The notes under the pieces were generated by a model. That model saw only the letters and a program-made list of their open reading frames with translations, was not told where the DNA came from and ran no database searches. Made by a program: the position numbers and the translations under genes. Below are positions 18,076 through 28,154 of a stretch of 64,000 bases of DNA, piece after piece. This DNA comes from Promethearchaeota archaeon (GTDB taxonomy: Archaea > Asgardarchaeota > Lokiarchaeia > Sigyniarchaeales > SOKP01), in NCBI GenBank assembly GCA_013375475.1, contig JABXKD010000001.1, positions 1 through 64,000 on the forward strand. Direction: 5' to 3'. Every line of letters begins with the position of its first letter. Position 1 is the stretch's first letter.

Positions 18076-18774
18076 TTATAGAAGAAAGTCTAAAATTTTA
18101 GATATTTCTCTACAATATATCTTTGCCCCTTTACTATTAAGGTGTCCACCATCGATAGTCAACCGAAGGTTTCTTTTACTACTTATTTTGTCAGCCCATA
18201 CTGATTTTTTAGACCTGAGGTAATCGAATATTAGATTTATGAGATTATCCAAAAGATAACTGCTTGAATTACTATTTAAAATGATTTCGTCAAAGATGGA
18301 GGCTACATCAGCAATGTATGCGTCATAGCGATAACCGATTAGCTTAATTTGATCGTTAACTAATCTTCTTTTTTGGTTTAGTTGAGAATTAAAGATTTCT
18401 CCTAAACAACTTAGAGTAGTTAAAATTATTTTTGCGTCTGTAAGGGATATAATTGATCTTAGCATTTGATCAAGAACTATACCAATTTGAGGCACTAAAG
18501 TGACCCACTTATTTCTCAGGAAAGGCCATCTTAATTTAAGGTAAGGTAAAAGAATATCGTTATGACCAGCTTCAATTACTATAGTAGAATATTTGTGATT
18601 ATCTTCTTTTAAAATTTTTATAAGTCGTGTATTTATTTCTAGTAGAGTTTCTCCACCGTGACCTTTGTTATGGCAAATTATATCTGGGATTCTGCGCTTA
18701 ATCATGTCTACAAAATTAATTCCTAATTTCCCTTCTGTTATACTATCCCCAATAAAAAGTATATGATTGCTCAC
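18076..18774 (-). CDS. SGNH/GDSL hydrolase
   Basis: FIGDSITEG, NKGHGG, AGHND, DGGHLN. Confidence 0.9.
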   Translation of the reverse strand: MSNHILFIGDSITEGKLGINFVDMIKRRIPDIICHNKGHGGETLLEINTRLIKILKEDNHKYSTIVIEAGHNDILLPYLKLRWPFLRNKWVTLVPQIGIVLDQMLRSIISLTDAKIILTTLSCLGEIFNSQLNQKRRLVNDQIKLIGYRYDAYIADVASIFDEIILNSNSSSYLLDNLINLIFDYLRSKKSVWADKISSKRNLRLTIDGGHLNSKGAKIYCREISKILDFLL

Positions 18775-18904
18775 AAAATTAATTATTCATAACTACTCTT
18801 TTATAACTTTTGGTATATAACTTTTAAACCATTGTTCTCATGACTTTTTCAAGATTAGTAGTTATAAAAACGAAATAGGATAGGTCTTTATGTCAGATTC
18901 ATTA

Positions 18905-19834
18905 TTAATTGTAATTTATTATTAACACGGCAGCCAATACAATAAAACCTCCAACAAGATTCCAAATTAGAATTGTTTCGGGTCTATTCAAAAGTGTTGA
19001 AAAAATTAAAGTTAAGAAAGGTTCTATGTACAAGAATGAAGCGCCTTTCGAAGATTTAAGTTCCTTTTGGGATTTTTGCCAGATAAAATACCCAATAATA
19101 TAGCAACCAATTCCTAAATATAGGCCAGTTATTAAAACAAAAATTTTGGTTAAATTTTGAATAAAAATCAATAATTCATTATTTAGTAAAACAAAAACAA
19201 ATAATTCCACAGTCCCAAAATAAGCTATATATTTGAGCGTAATTAAGTTAGACTTCTCTTTAGATATTTTTTTAGTCGCAATTGTATATATCGCCCACAA
19301 CAAAGGGGTTATAAGAGCGTATAAATATCCTATGAAATTAGGTGCTTTAGGAGTAAGCGTTCCTAAATCACCTCCCGTCACTAATAGAAAACCTCCAATG
19401 GTAGCGATTATAAAACCTATTAACTTGACGCTCGTTAACTTTTCCTTAAAAAAAATTAAAGCTAAAACAGTGATTAGTACTGGAGATAATAGACATACAA
19501 ATAATGCGGGTAAGGTAGGTCCGATTAGGCCTATAGCAGTATACTGAATAACGAAAAAAAGTGTAGTTCCGCAAAAACTGGCAATGATGATGTATATCCA
19601 TTCTCTTTTAGAGTAAAATACTTTTTCTTTTCGCTCTTCTATTTTATTAGTTCGTATTTTTCGATTAATGAAGAAGTATATATCAACAATAATAAACACT
19701 AACGAGGCTATTAGAAATCTAGTTAACGCTAGAGACATTGCTGGCATAAATAATTCCACAGTAATATCTACAAGAACAAATGAAAAGCTCCAGATTACTA
19801 CCATTAATACTAGCAATCCATAAATTATCAGCAT
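18905..19834 (-). CDS. DMT/EamA family transporter
   Basis: about 10 TM helices in two EamA repeats; IWSFSF, LSPV..LA.IFFKEKL, YIEP. Confidence 0.9.
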   Translation of the reverse strand: MLIIYGLLVLMVVIWSFSFVLVDITVELFMPAMSLALTRFLIASLVFIIVDIYFFINRKIRTNKIEERKEKVFYSKREWIYIIIASFCGTTLFFVIQYTAIGLIGPTLPALFVCLLSPVLITVLALIFFKEKLTSVKLIGFIIATIGGFLLVTGGDLGTLTPKAPNFIGYLYALITPLLWAIYTIATKKISKEKSNLITLKYIAYFGTVELFVFVLLNNELLIFIQNLTKIFVLITGLYLGIGCYIIGYFIWQKSQKELKSSKGASFLYIEPFLTLIFSTLLNRPETILIWNLVGGFIVLAAVLIINYN

Positions 19835-19928
19835 AATGTCAAGATACTTTAATCAATATTTTATATTTGCTTTATTTTATTATATTATTAAATTAAAACC
19901 CATAATTATTTTTTTTTAAACAGTAATC

Positions 19929-20513
19929 TTGAAGGACATTACATTTTCCATTAATCTAGGTTTGATAGGAACTGAAGATTCGAGGTTAGATATATTTATA
20001 GATTATCTGAAAGAAAAAGCTTTTAAATTTACATCAGAAAACTTAATATATGAATTCAATCTCCAATTTGAGGGTATTCCTATGAAACTAAAAATTGCAA
20101 TTGCTAATAAATTTGAGGATCTAATCCATAGAATTGATGATTTTAAGCATTTTGATGCAATAATAACTGCGGTGAATATTTACAATGACAATTCGATTTC
20201 AAATTATACGCTTCAAGAATATACCGATTTTCGAAATTATTTCATTTTCAACGGTATATCTGTTTTAGTGGGTGTAGATCCCTTTTTAGCTTTTCATAAA
20301 GAACCTCCGAATAAGAGAAATATAACAGAGTTTACCTTAATCCAAAAAACTAAGGAACTTGAATTTTTATATTGCTTTAAAATTCAAGATATAAAGAAAG
20401 ATATTTCTGACATTTTTAACAAAGTTTTAAATTACATTAACCTAAAATTGAAATTTTTAAATCCTGAATTGTTTAAACGAGCAAAATCAAATAAGGATGA
20501 ATTTAATGGATGA
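19929..20513 (+). CDS. Ras/Rab-like small GTPase fold protein with degenerate P-loop
   Basis: INLGLIG (no GKS/T), FDAIITAVNIYNDNSI, SVLVGVD, final ISDIFNKVL helix. Confidence 0.55.
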   Translation: MKDITFSINLGLIGTEDSRLDIFIDYLKEKAFKFTSENLIYEFNLQFEGIPMKLKIAIANKFEDLIHRIDDFKHFDAIITAVNIYNDNSISNYTLQEYTDFRNYFIFNGISVLVGVDPFLAFHKEPPNKRNITEFTLIQKTKELEFLYCFKIQDIKKDISDIFNKVLNYINLKLKFLNPELFKRAKSNKDEFNG

Positions 20514-20666
20514 CCAATTATCAAAAAATACCATAATGGTTAGACTCATCCCTTTTTAAAATTGAATAGTAAATTTTTCTGAGAAGAGTTTATTAACAAA
20601 GACTTTATTATATTATCAAATATAAAGATTATATCAATAATTCCTTCTCTTTATAGATGAAATACT

Positions 20667-20855
20667 ATGGAAGAAGATAAGATCCTATCGATTGAGAAAA
20701 CAGAAGGTCGTCGTCGTTGTCCATCGTGCTCCGAGGAAAATAAAAATATGATTCATGAATCTACTGATAAAAATCGAATTATCAGTGATTATCCACGCGT
20801 ATATGGAAAAAAATATCGCTGTGGGCGATGTGGACAGGAATGGAAAGAAAATTAG
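20667..20855 (+). CDS. small Zn-ribbon protein
   Basis: CPSC...CGRCG.EW; 31/48 identical to the C-terminus of 56229-56744. Confidence 0.8.
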   Translation: MEEDKILSIEKTEGRRRCPSCSEENKNMIHESTDKNRIISDYPRVYGKKYRCGRCGQEWKEN

Positions 20856-21058
20856 AAGAAATTCCTCATCAACAAGTTAATTTTCCTTTTAATCAACGCG
20901 CTACCCTTTAAAATTTCCTCGAAAAAAGAAATATTTAGGAAAAAAAATGTTTATGTTTTTTCCTCCTTTCTCGCTAGTTTAAATTACAATTAAATAAGAG
21001 AACTACAATTAATATTAATAACAATAAAAAAAATTGTCAAAACAAATGTGATTATAAT

Positions 21059-21784
21059 ATGGGTTTATTTCAACTAACATTTGCTCGAATTTTAACAGTT
21101 TATATAGCCCAAGGCGTTATTTTGGTTGTTTTTCTGTATTTGGCTATAAGAATCTTGCTAAGAGATAGAAAACGATTAAACGTTATTTTCGCAGGACTTT
21201 ACATTTCTCCCGTCGTGGGAGTTCTTATGAACTTCATATATGCACCTTTAACTGACGAAACTATCGTACTACTGCTGAATTTTTTTACCAACATCGGTAG
21301 CATCTACGCCCCAATATTTATCGTAGTTTTTGATCTAATCCTCTTAAAATCTGAAAAGATAATATCTACGAGCAAGCAATTAGCAATTCTTATTGGTTAC
21401 GGTATAGCTGTTCTTTGCATGGGAATTTTCTTATTTATTCCGGGCTACGGTGTAACTATTAACGTTGGAACTAATTGGACCCCTGTTTGGAGTTTTCCAT
21501 TTTTTATTTATGTAGTAATCATTTTAACTTCTTTCGCTACAATTCCAGCGTTTTACTTCTCAATAAAGATTTATCAGAAGTTCGAGGACGAACATTTGAA
21601 GAAGAAGTGGAGATTCTTCATATATGGATATATTGCACTCATGACTTTCATGTACGCTATTTTTATTTCTAATATTTTAAACAATACAACTTTTAGATTA
21701 ATTGCGGGTGTACTAGGCTTAGTATTAGCTCTTCTTGGAGGTTTTTTAATGTATTATGGAGTTGGCCGCCAAATAGAAAAATAA
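21059..21784 (+). CDS. 7-TM membrane protein (HisKA_7TM-like sensor domain, stand-alone)
   Basis: about seven hydrophobic helices; WTPVWS loop; LKKKWRFF. Confidence 0.65.
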   Translation: MGLFQLTFARILTVYIAQGVILVVFLYLAIRILLRDRKRLNVIFAGLYISPVVGVLMNFIYAPLTDETIVLLLNFFTNIGSIYAPIFIVVFDLILLKSEKIISTSKQLAILIGYGIAVLCMGIFLFIPGYGVTINVGTNWTPVWSFPFFIYVVIILTSFATIPAFYFSIKIYQKFEDEHLKKKWRFFIYGYIALMTFMYAIFISNILNNTTFRLIAGVLGLVLALLGGFLMYYGVGRQIEK

Positions 21785-21961
21785 TTTTCAAATCAATTTT
21801 TTCTTTTTTTTATGATGATATAAAATTTTATCTGTTAGAATTACCATTATTTATTATAATATCACAATTTCAAAATATTTGAAGGTTAAAATTCATTTTA
21901 ATCCATTTAAGAAGTAATATTTATCATTCTCAAGCAAACTTTATAGCTTCAAGTGTTTCTT

Positions 21962-22309
21962 ATGTCGAACGAGCTCGAACGGGTTAGTGGGATTGGACCT
22001 ATTGCTGCCATTAACTTGAATAAAGCGGGAGTTAAAACTATTGAAGAAATCGCGGAGGCTAAACCAGAAGATCTGGCTTGGATTAAAGGAATTGGAATAA
22101 TTTCTGCGAAAAAAATAATTGAGAATGCAAATAATTTACTAAAATTAGAAAAAAATATTCAATTCGTCTTAAATTCAATAAAAGAAAACTTTGTGAAAAA
22201 TTGTCCAAAATGTGGAGGAGCTATGAAAAACAAGTATATCATTCTCGGACCTGAAAGACGATTAAAGGTAATACAATGCACAGTATGTAAATTTTACTTG
22301 CCTGAATAA
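21962..22309 (+). CDS. helix-hairpin-helix protein with C-terminal Zn ribbon
   Basis: VSGIGP..A..L.KAG and IKGIG...AKKII; CPKCGG...CTVC. Confidence 0.85.
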   Translation: MSNELERVSGIGPIAAINLNKAGVKTIEEIAEAKPEDLAWIKGIGIISAKKIIENANNLLKLEKNIQFVLNSIKENFVKNCPKCGGAMKNKYIILGPERRLKVIQCTVCKFYLPE

Positions 22310-22334
22310 AAAAAAATCATAAAAATATTATAGC

Positions 22335-23294
22335 TCAGACTATAAAAATAAAAAGCAGAAAATACGCAGTAAAATAGAGAAAAATAAAGAGAACTCCTGC
22401 TTTTCTGTCCATTTTCTTTCTTACGGCTATGATAACAATAACAATTATACTAGCCATAAGCGTATATAACACCGTTGGAACCGCTAATTCTGCTGTGATA
22501 GATTGGGGAAAGAAAACTTGACCGATACCAATAGATAGCGTAGAATCAACAATACAAGAACCAACTATATCCCCAATAGCTATACCATGGTGACCACATC
22601 TAAGCGCGTTAATATCAACTACGAGCTCTGGAATGGATGTGCCGATAGCTAAAACGAAGAAACTAATAATATATTCGTGAATGTTAATAGCCTGTGATAT
22701 GAAAATTACCGATTCTACAATCATATATGCGCTAATGGTCACACCAACAAAACCAACAACAGCAATTAAAAAGTGGTATCTTTTCTTTTTAGTTGGTTGG
22801 CTTATTTCTAATATTTCTATTCTATGCTTTATGCTCTCTTTATTAGAGTTGTAAATCAACCAAATATAAATAATTAGACTAAAAACCATAAAAATTGCAT
22901 TTAGGCGTGTAATATATCCTTTTTCAACAATTGAAAATATAACAATAAGAGATAAAACTTCACAGGAACCTAGAATTATTATGTCTTTTCTGTGAATATG
23001 AAACGAACCGCAAACTATTGGCAAGATTCCGAAGATCAACGTGAGTTGGGTAAGATCTGAGCCTACAGAATCCCCTACATCAATGTCTCCATGACCTAAA
23101 GAGCAAGAGATAATCGAATTAAATATTTCAGAAATATCAGTACCTATTGATACTAAAGTTACTCCAATTATTAAAGGAGATATTCCTAAAGCTGTGGCGA
23201 GCATTGCTGAGTGCTTTACAGCATATTTACTTGAAAAGATTACAAGAACTATTCCACCTATGAAAATAACACTAGCTAAGATTAAACCGATCAT
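22335..23294 (-). CDS. sodium/calcium exchanger family (YrbG-like) antiporter
   Basis: SIGTDISE..GD.VGS and AIGTSIPE..GDIVGS alpha repeats. Confidence 0.9.
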   Translation of the reverse strand: MIGLILASVIFIGGIVLVIFSSKYAVKHSAMLATALGISPLIIGVTLVSIGTDISEIFNSIISCSLGHGDIDVGDSVGSDLTQLTLIFGILPIVCGSFHIHRKDIIILGSCEVLSLIVIFSIVEKGYITRLNAIFMVFSLIIYIWLIYNSNKESIKHRIEILEISQPTKKKRYHFLIAVVGFVGVTISAYMIVESVIFISQAINIHEYIISFFVLAIGTSIPELVVDINALRCGHHGIAIGDIVGSCIVDSTLSIGIGQVFFPQSITAELAVPTVLYTLMASIIVIVIIAVRKKMDRKAGVLFIFLYFTAYFLLFIFIV

Positions 23295-23472
23295 TAAATG
23301 ATATCCTCTTTAAAAATTTCCAGATACGTTGTTACGCCCTAATTTGAATTTATCAGATTTTCTCAAATAAACTTATTGAGTTTACTTTGATTTGATATTA
23401 AAAGAATAATTATTCGAATTAGTACTCCATTCTTATATCAAATATGTAAATATTTAAATTTTGCTAAAAACA

Positions 23473-24156
23473 TCAAAAATTATAATATTTACCAATATCT
23501 TCAAAATTGTAGCTAGCGTAAGTCCAAGTTCGTATCTTGCGTAGATATCGTGAGTACATTTTCCAAGTCCATTTCAATTTTGCTTGAGATTGATAGATTT
23601 CTAACCATTCCTTCAGAATTTTAGCAATTTCCTCATCGATCGTATATTCAAACTGTTTTTCTTTAGAATCCTCTTTAAATTTACCATAGGAGGCTATGAA
23701 ATAAACAAAATATTCAATTTTTGTTAGATTGAGTTCTTTAGCAGCACCCATTGCAATATCATGAGTAGCTTGATGATCAATATGAAGATTATTGGTGCTA
23801 GGTAAGACAATTCTATCTAAGTCTTTGATAATAGGTATGGCTTTTTTGATCCCTTCCCTTACGTAGTTTCTTCCTTCAGCGTCGTGGAAATGGAAAAGAT
23901 GATGATTATCTGAGGGAAGTCCCAAAAACTCGATTGATTGTTTAGCTTCGTTAATTCTCATATCAGCGACATCATCTTCAGTCATAGTAGCAACATCTTC
24001 GGAAAAAATGTCATCTGTAGCCCTATAACACGCCCTTCCATCTGTTACTGTTATGACATGAATATCGTGCTCTCCTTCATTTATCCATTCTAAAAGAATT
24101 GGTCCAGGTCCGAACAATAAATCGTCTGGATGAGGTTCAAAAATAACAATTTTCAT
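23473..24156 (-). CDS. PIG-L/LmbE family deacetylase
   Basis: PHPDD, VTDG, R..EA, HIDHQAT, YQSQ. Confidence 0.88.
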   Translation of the reverse strand: MKIVIFEPHPDDLLFGPGPILLEWINEGEHDIHVITVTDGRACYRATDDIFSEDVATMTEDDVADMRINEAKQSIEFLGLPSDNHHLFHFHDAEGRNYVREGIKKAIPIIKDLDRIVLPSTNNLHIDHQATHDIAMGAAKELNLTKIEYFVYFIASYGKFKEDSKEKQFEYTIDEEIAKILKEWLEIYQSQAKLKWTWKMYSRYLRKIRTWTYASYNFEDIGKYYNF

Positions 24157-24252
24157 ATTTTTTAAACTCTTATATAGTAGATTGATTAATTAAATATTAA
24201 AAATTACAAAAAATTATTGTTTTCCTAATAAAAATAAATTAAGTGATATAAT

Positions 24253-25692
24253 ATGACAGAGCAGAAAAAAAGAGAAGTACGCGAGAATTCAATTCCAATA
24301 ATGATAAGCTATGGTGCGAATCAAACTTTCTCACAATGGATCACAGGTGCTTTTGGTCTTTATGTTTTCTTCTTCTATGAAGTGGAAATTGGTTTAAATG
24401 TCGGAATTGCAGCAATTGCTCTAATAATATATTCCATATGGAACGCGGTAAATGATCCTCTCATTGGTTATCTAATGGAGCGGATTAACATGCCCTGGGA
24501 AAAAAGATGGGGAAAACGCTTTCCATGGGTTTTTCTGGGGGCAATACCTTGGCTTTTCTCATATCTAGCAATATTCTTTGTACCTTTAAGTTGGCATCCT
24601 GTCAATGATCAATGGTTAATATTTCTTTGGTTTGTATTAACGCTTATTCTTTATGACACATTATTTACTCTCTGGAATGTAAATGCCACAGCACAGTATC
24701 CTGATAAATTTAAAGGTAGCTCTGAACGTAGACTAGCAACGGGAATAGGAACATTAATGGGAATGATAGGGATCGCTGTAGGTTCGATCATCCCCCCTAT
24801 GTTTATAAATACAGGCTTTCCTGAGACTTATCGTATTATGGCTTGGGCTGGTGTTGGGATCGGATTAATTCTGTTTTTTTTAATGTTACCTGGTACTAGA
24901 GAGAACCCAAAGATGAGAACTCGATACCAAGAATACAAGGAAGCTGCTAGAAATTTAGATCGTGAACCATTCTTTAAAACCGCTAAAAAAGCTATTACAG
25001 ATCGCCGCTTTATGTTAAAAGTAATTTATTTCTTTGGATACCAAGCTGCAGTTGCGTTACTCTCTGCTTCTGGACCTTATATGATAACTTATGTAATTCA
25101 AGGAGATGCTGGTACTTTAGGAATATTAATGGCTTTTATGTTAATAGGTGCTCTTGTCTCTATGCCGATTTGGACAATCTTGGGACAAAAGGTGAACAAT
25201 AATAAAAATATGAGCTTAGTAGCTGGAGTTGTGATGGTTCTAACCTTTCTACCTATATTTTTCGTCAACGATTTTCTGTTTTTTATGATAGCTCTGTTTT
25301 TATTTGGGATAGGACTTGGAGGACAATGGTTTATGGATCCTCCTACGATGGGGGATGTCCTTGATGATGTTGCATTAAGATCAGGAAAAAGAGAAGCAGC
25401 AATTTATTATGGATATCAAGCGTTCTTCATTAGGTTAAGTGGCTCATTTCAAGCGTTGCTTTTTGCGATTGTACACACTTTAACTGGATTTCCTGCAGGA
25501 GTAACAAATTATGCAGATTTATTAATTCAAAGTCCAACACCCGAGTTAGCTTTAATAGGCATTAGAGCGCATACTGCCCTTATTCCCGCTATAATAGTGC
25601 TTATCACCATTTTCATCTTTTGGAAATGGTATGACCTAACACCAGAGAAAGTAGCATTAAATAAAGAAAAACTAAAGGAACTTGGATTATAG
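24253..25692 (+). CDS. MFS glycoside-pentoside-hexuronide (MelB-like) transporter
   Basis: WNAVNDPLIG, WGKRFPW, DV.DD...SGKRE..YYG; about 12 TM helices. Confidence 0.9.
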   Translation: MTEQKKREVRENSIPIMISYGANQTFSQWITGAFGLYVFFFYEVEIGLNVGIAAIALIIYSIWNAVNDPLIGYLMERINMPWEKRWGKRFPWVFLGAIPWLFSYLAIFFVPLSWHPVNDQWLIFLWFVLTLILYDTLFTLWNVNATAQYPDKFKGSSERRLATGIGTLMGMIGIAVGSIIPPMFINTGFPETYRIMAWAGVGIGLILFFLMLPGTRENPKMRTRYQEYKEAARNLDREPFFKTAKKAITDRRFMLKVIYFFGYQAAVALLSASGPYMITYVIQGDAGTLGILMAFMLIGALVSMPIWTILGQKVNNNKNMSLVAGVVMVLTFLPIFFVNDFLFFMIALFLFGIGLGGQWFMDPPTMGDVLDDVALRSGKREAAIYYGYQAFFIRLSGSFQALLFAIVHTLTGFPAGVTNYADLLIQSPTPELALIGIRAHTALIPAIIVLITIFIFWKWYDLTPEKVALNKEKLKELGL

Positions 25693-25850
25693 TATTTTCT
25701 AGAAATTGTATTTTCTAAAAATCCTTTTTTTTTATTATTAGGATGCTTTTTATCATTCTTTAAATTAACTAGAGAATTAGGAATTTAAGAAACAAAGTTT
25801 TTCTTTTTATTTTTGTTAAAACTAATATTTTGGGCGTTAGAAGATTTTTT

Positions 25851-27374
25851 TCAGAGTTCTTTGAACATTTTTAGAATACAATTTCGCGTTCCCGCAACCA
25901 CTCCTGCAACTCCACCACCGGATTCACTTTGTGCTCCAATATACCATAATCCTTGAATCGGAGTCCGATGAGGTGGATTCTGCTGGTTCATAATTGGAGC
26001 TAAACCTCCAAAACTATGTTTTTCAACGAAAATGCGAGATTTAAAATCCAAAGGAGTCATAATTATTTCTGTTTTTGAGCGTTCTCGGAGACCAGGAATA
26101 ATTTTTTCGGCTTCTATAAGGAGTTTATCAGCGAGTTCTTCCCTACGTGAATTCCAATTGCCTTTGCTAAGTACATAGGGAGCAATTGTGTAAACGGTAA
26201 TAGCTTGATGCCCTAGTGGAGCCATTTCAGGTGAGTGCAATGAAGGTATATATATTAGAAATCCTTGTTTTCCATCGTGAAAATCACCAGACCTACAACG
26301 ATCAACTGCACCTTCAATGTCGTATGTACCATAATAGTAGCATAAGGCTGCACGTTGGTGTGGTGTCGGATCAAAATCTATACCCAGATGAACCATTAAC
26401 ACGGACTCCATGTGAACTAAATTTTCAACACTCTTTACGAATTCTGATGGTAGGTTTTCTTTTCCTATTAAACTGAAGAATATTTTGTGAGCCCCACCAC
26501 TTGCGATTATTATATCTGCAGATTTTTCTTCTCCGTTTCTTAATTTAATCCCAATTGCTTTATTGTTTTCTATTAAAATCTCTTCAACTAAACTATTTGT
26601 ATGAATTTTTCCTCCATTATCTTTAATGTATTCTGCAAACGCATTTACTAACTGTTCACATCCATTTTGTATATAATGATAAATAGGTAATTTGCCACCT
26701 TTAATTTTTTTAGGAATACGTTTATCAAAAGCAGTCTCGATATTTGATAAGGGCACTCCCAATCCTGGGAACTCACTTGGTTTTACAACGAAATCAGCAA
26801 GGATCCCCATAAAAACCGCTTTTAATTTTGGTTCATCAAAAAAAGAATCCATTATATCGGCAGCACTTTTATCCCTGTATTTCTTAACTTTCAGAAATTT
26901 AGGAAAAATCTTTAACTTCAACCAAATAGCTTCTAAACCTTTTGCCCTTTCTAACCGAGTGTTAATAGCCATAAGGGTCATTACTTGGTCATAGTAGCGA
27001 TAATATCTGTCTAATCCCTTACTTTCGGATGGAAATAACTGTTTAAAGTATTCTCTTCGCCAATACTTTCCTTTATAATCTTTTGGTCTCCAAATCTCAA
27101 AATCAGGAAGAATTTGGCCTCGATCCTCTTGAATTATTCTTATCTTATCAGAAATCCCTAATTCAGCTAAGACTAATCCAAGCTTTTCGTCGGGAGCCAA
27201 ACCTTCTAACAAAAGAGGTCCAATATCCCAAGAATACCCATCCTTATGAATGGTGGCAGTTACACCTCCAATTTCTGAAAATTGTTCATAGATTGTTACA
27301 TCATAGCCTTCACGACATATATAAGCTGCAGCAGTAAGTCCGGCTAAGCCGGAACCAATAACAATGACTTTCAT
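25851..27374 (-). CDS. phytoene desaturase (CrtI)-like FAD-dependent oxidoreductase
   Basis: IGSGLAGL, GYSWDIGP, APLGH, TPLDF, TPIQGLWYIG..S..GGGV. Confidence 0.85.
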   Translation of the reverse strand: MKVIVIGSGLAGLTAAAYICREGYDVTIYEQFSEIGGVTATIHKDGYSWDIGPLLLEGLAPDEKLGLVLAELGISDKIRIIQEDRGQILPDFEIWRPKDYKGKYWRREYFKQLFPSESKGLDRYYRYYDQVMTLMAINTRLERAKGLEAIWLKLKIFPKFLKVKKYRDKSAADIMDSFFDEPKLKAVFMGILADFVVKPSEFPGLGVPLSNIETAFDKRIPKKIKGGKLPIYHYIQNGCEQLVNAFAEYIKDNGGKIHTNSLVEEILIENNKAIGIKLRNGEEKSADIIIASGGAHKIFFSLIGKENLPSEFVKSVENLVHMESVLMVHLGIDFDPTPHQRAALCYYYGTYDIEGAVDRCRSGDFHDGKQGFLIYIPSLHSPEMAPLGHQAITVYTIAPYVLSKGNWNSRREELADKLLIEAEKIIPGLRERSKTEIIMTPLDFKSRIFVEKHSFGGLAPIMNQQNPPHRTPIQGLWYIGAQSESGGGVAGVVAGTRNCILKMFKEL

Positions 27375-27437
27375 AATTTTAAATCTCCAATTTTTTTAAT
27401 ATTCAAAAAAGTTTAAAGAAATTAAAATATTTTTAAA

Positions 27438-28118
27438 ATGAATACGAAAAATTTAACCGCGAGTCGCTTGTTAATGGATGTTATTAAAGAATTAGGTAAA
27501 TTGAGATTAGTTCCAGTAGCTGTAATAGAAGAATCGAAAATGGCTATACCTTTAGGAAACGCGTTAATAGAAGCAGGATTACCAGTTGTTGAAGTAACAT
27601 TTCGAACTGTTGAAGCCGCAGAATCTATCTCGTTATTGAAAAAAGAATTTCCAGAACTAATAATAGGGGCTGGAACAGTTCTATCAATAGAACAAGTTAA
27701 AGCAGCTGTAGATGCTGGTTCTAAATTCATTGTTACTCCTGGTTTTAATCCAACTATAGTCGATTTTTGTATAGAAAAAAATATTACCATAGTGCCGGGA
27801 ATTAATAATCCTTCTTTTATTGAATGGGGATTAGAAAGGGGACTTTATTTCTTCAAATTTTTTCCAGCTGAACTCTCGGGAGGAATAAAAATGCTAAATG
27901 CATTTTCTGGTCCGTATCCCACAGCCCGATTCATGCCAACAGGCGGAATAAACGATAGGAACTTGACGGATTATCTTAAGTTAAAAAATGTTATAGCCTG
28001 CGGAGGAAGCTGGATTGTAAAAAAAGATTTAATATCTTCGGGAAATTTTGAAGAAATAAAAACATTGACAAAAAGTGCCCTTTCACTTATAAAATCAGAA
28101 TTGGGTAATATCGAATAA
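27438..28118 (+). CDS. eda: KDPG/KHG aldolase (bacterial type); alternative start at 27474
   Basis: VEVTFRT, IGAGTV, FIVTPG, KFFPAE..GG, FMPTGGI, CGGSW. Confidence 0.93.
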   Translation: MNTKNLTASRLLMDVIKELGKLRLVPVAVIEESKMAIPLGNALIEAGLPVVEVTFRTVEAAESISLLKKEFPELIIGAGTVLSIEQVKAAVDAGSKFIVTPGFNPTIVDFCIEKNITIVPGINNPSFIEWGLERGLYFFKFFPAELSGGIKMLNAFSGPYPTARFMPTGGINDRNLTDYLKLKNVIACGGSWIVKKDLISSGNFEEIKTLTKSALSLIKSELGNIE

Positions 28119-28154
28119 ATAATTATTCAAATTATAGAGTAGAAATTAAAGATT

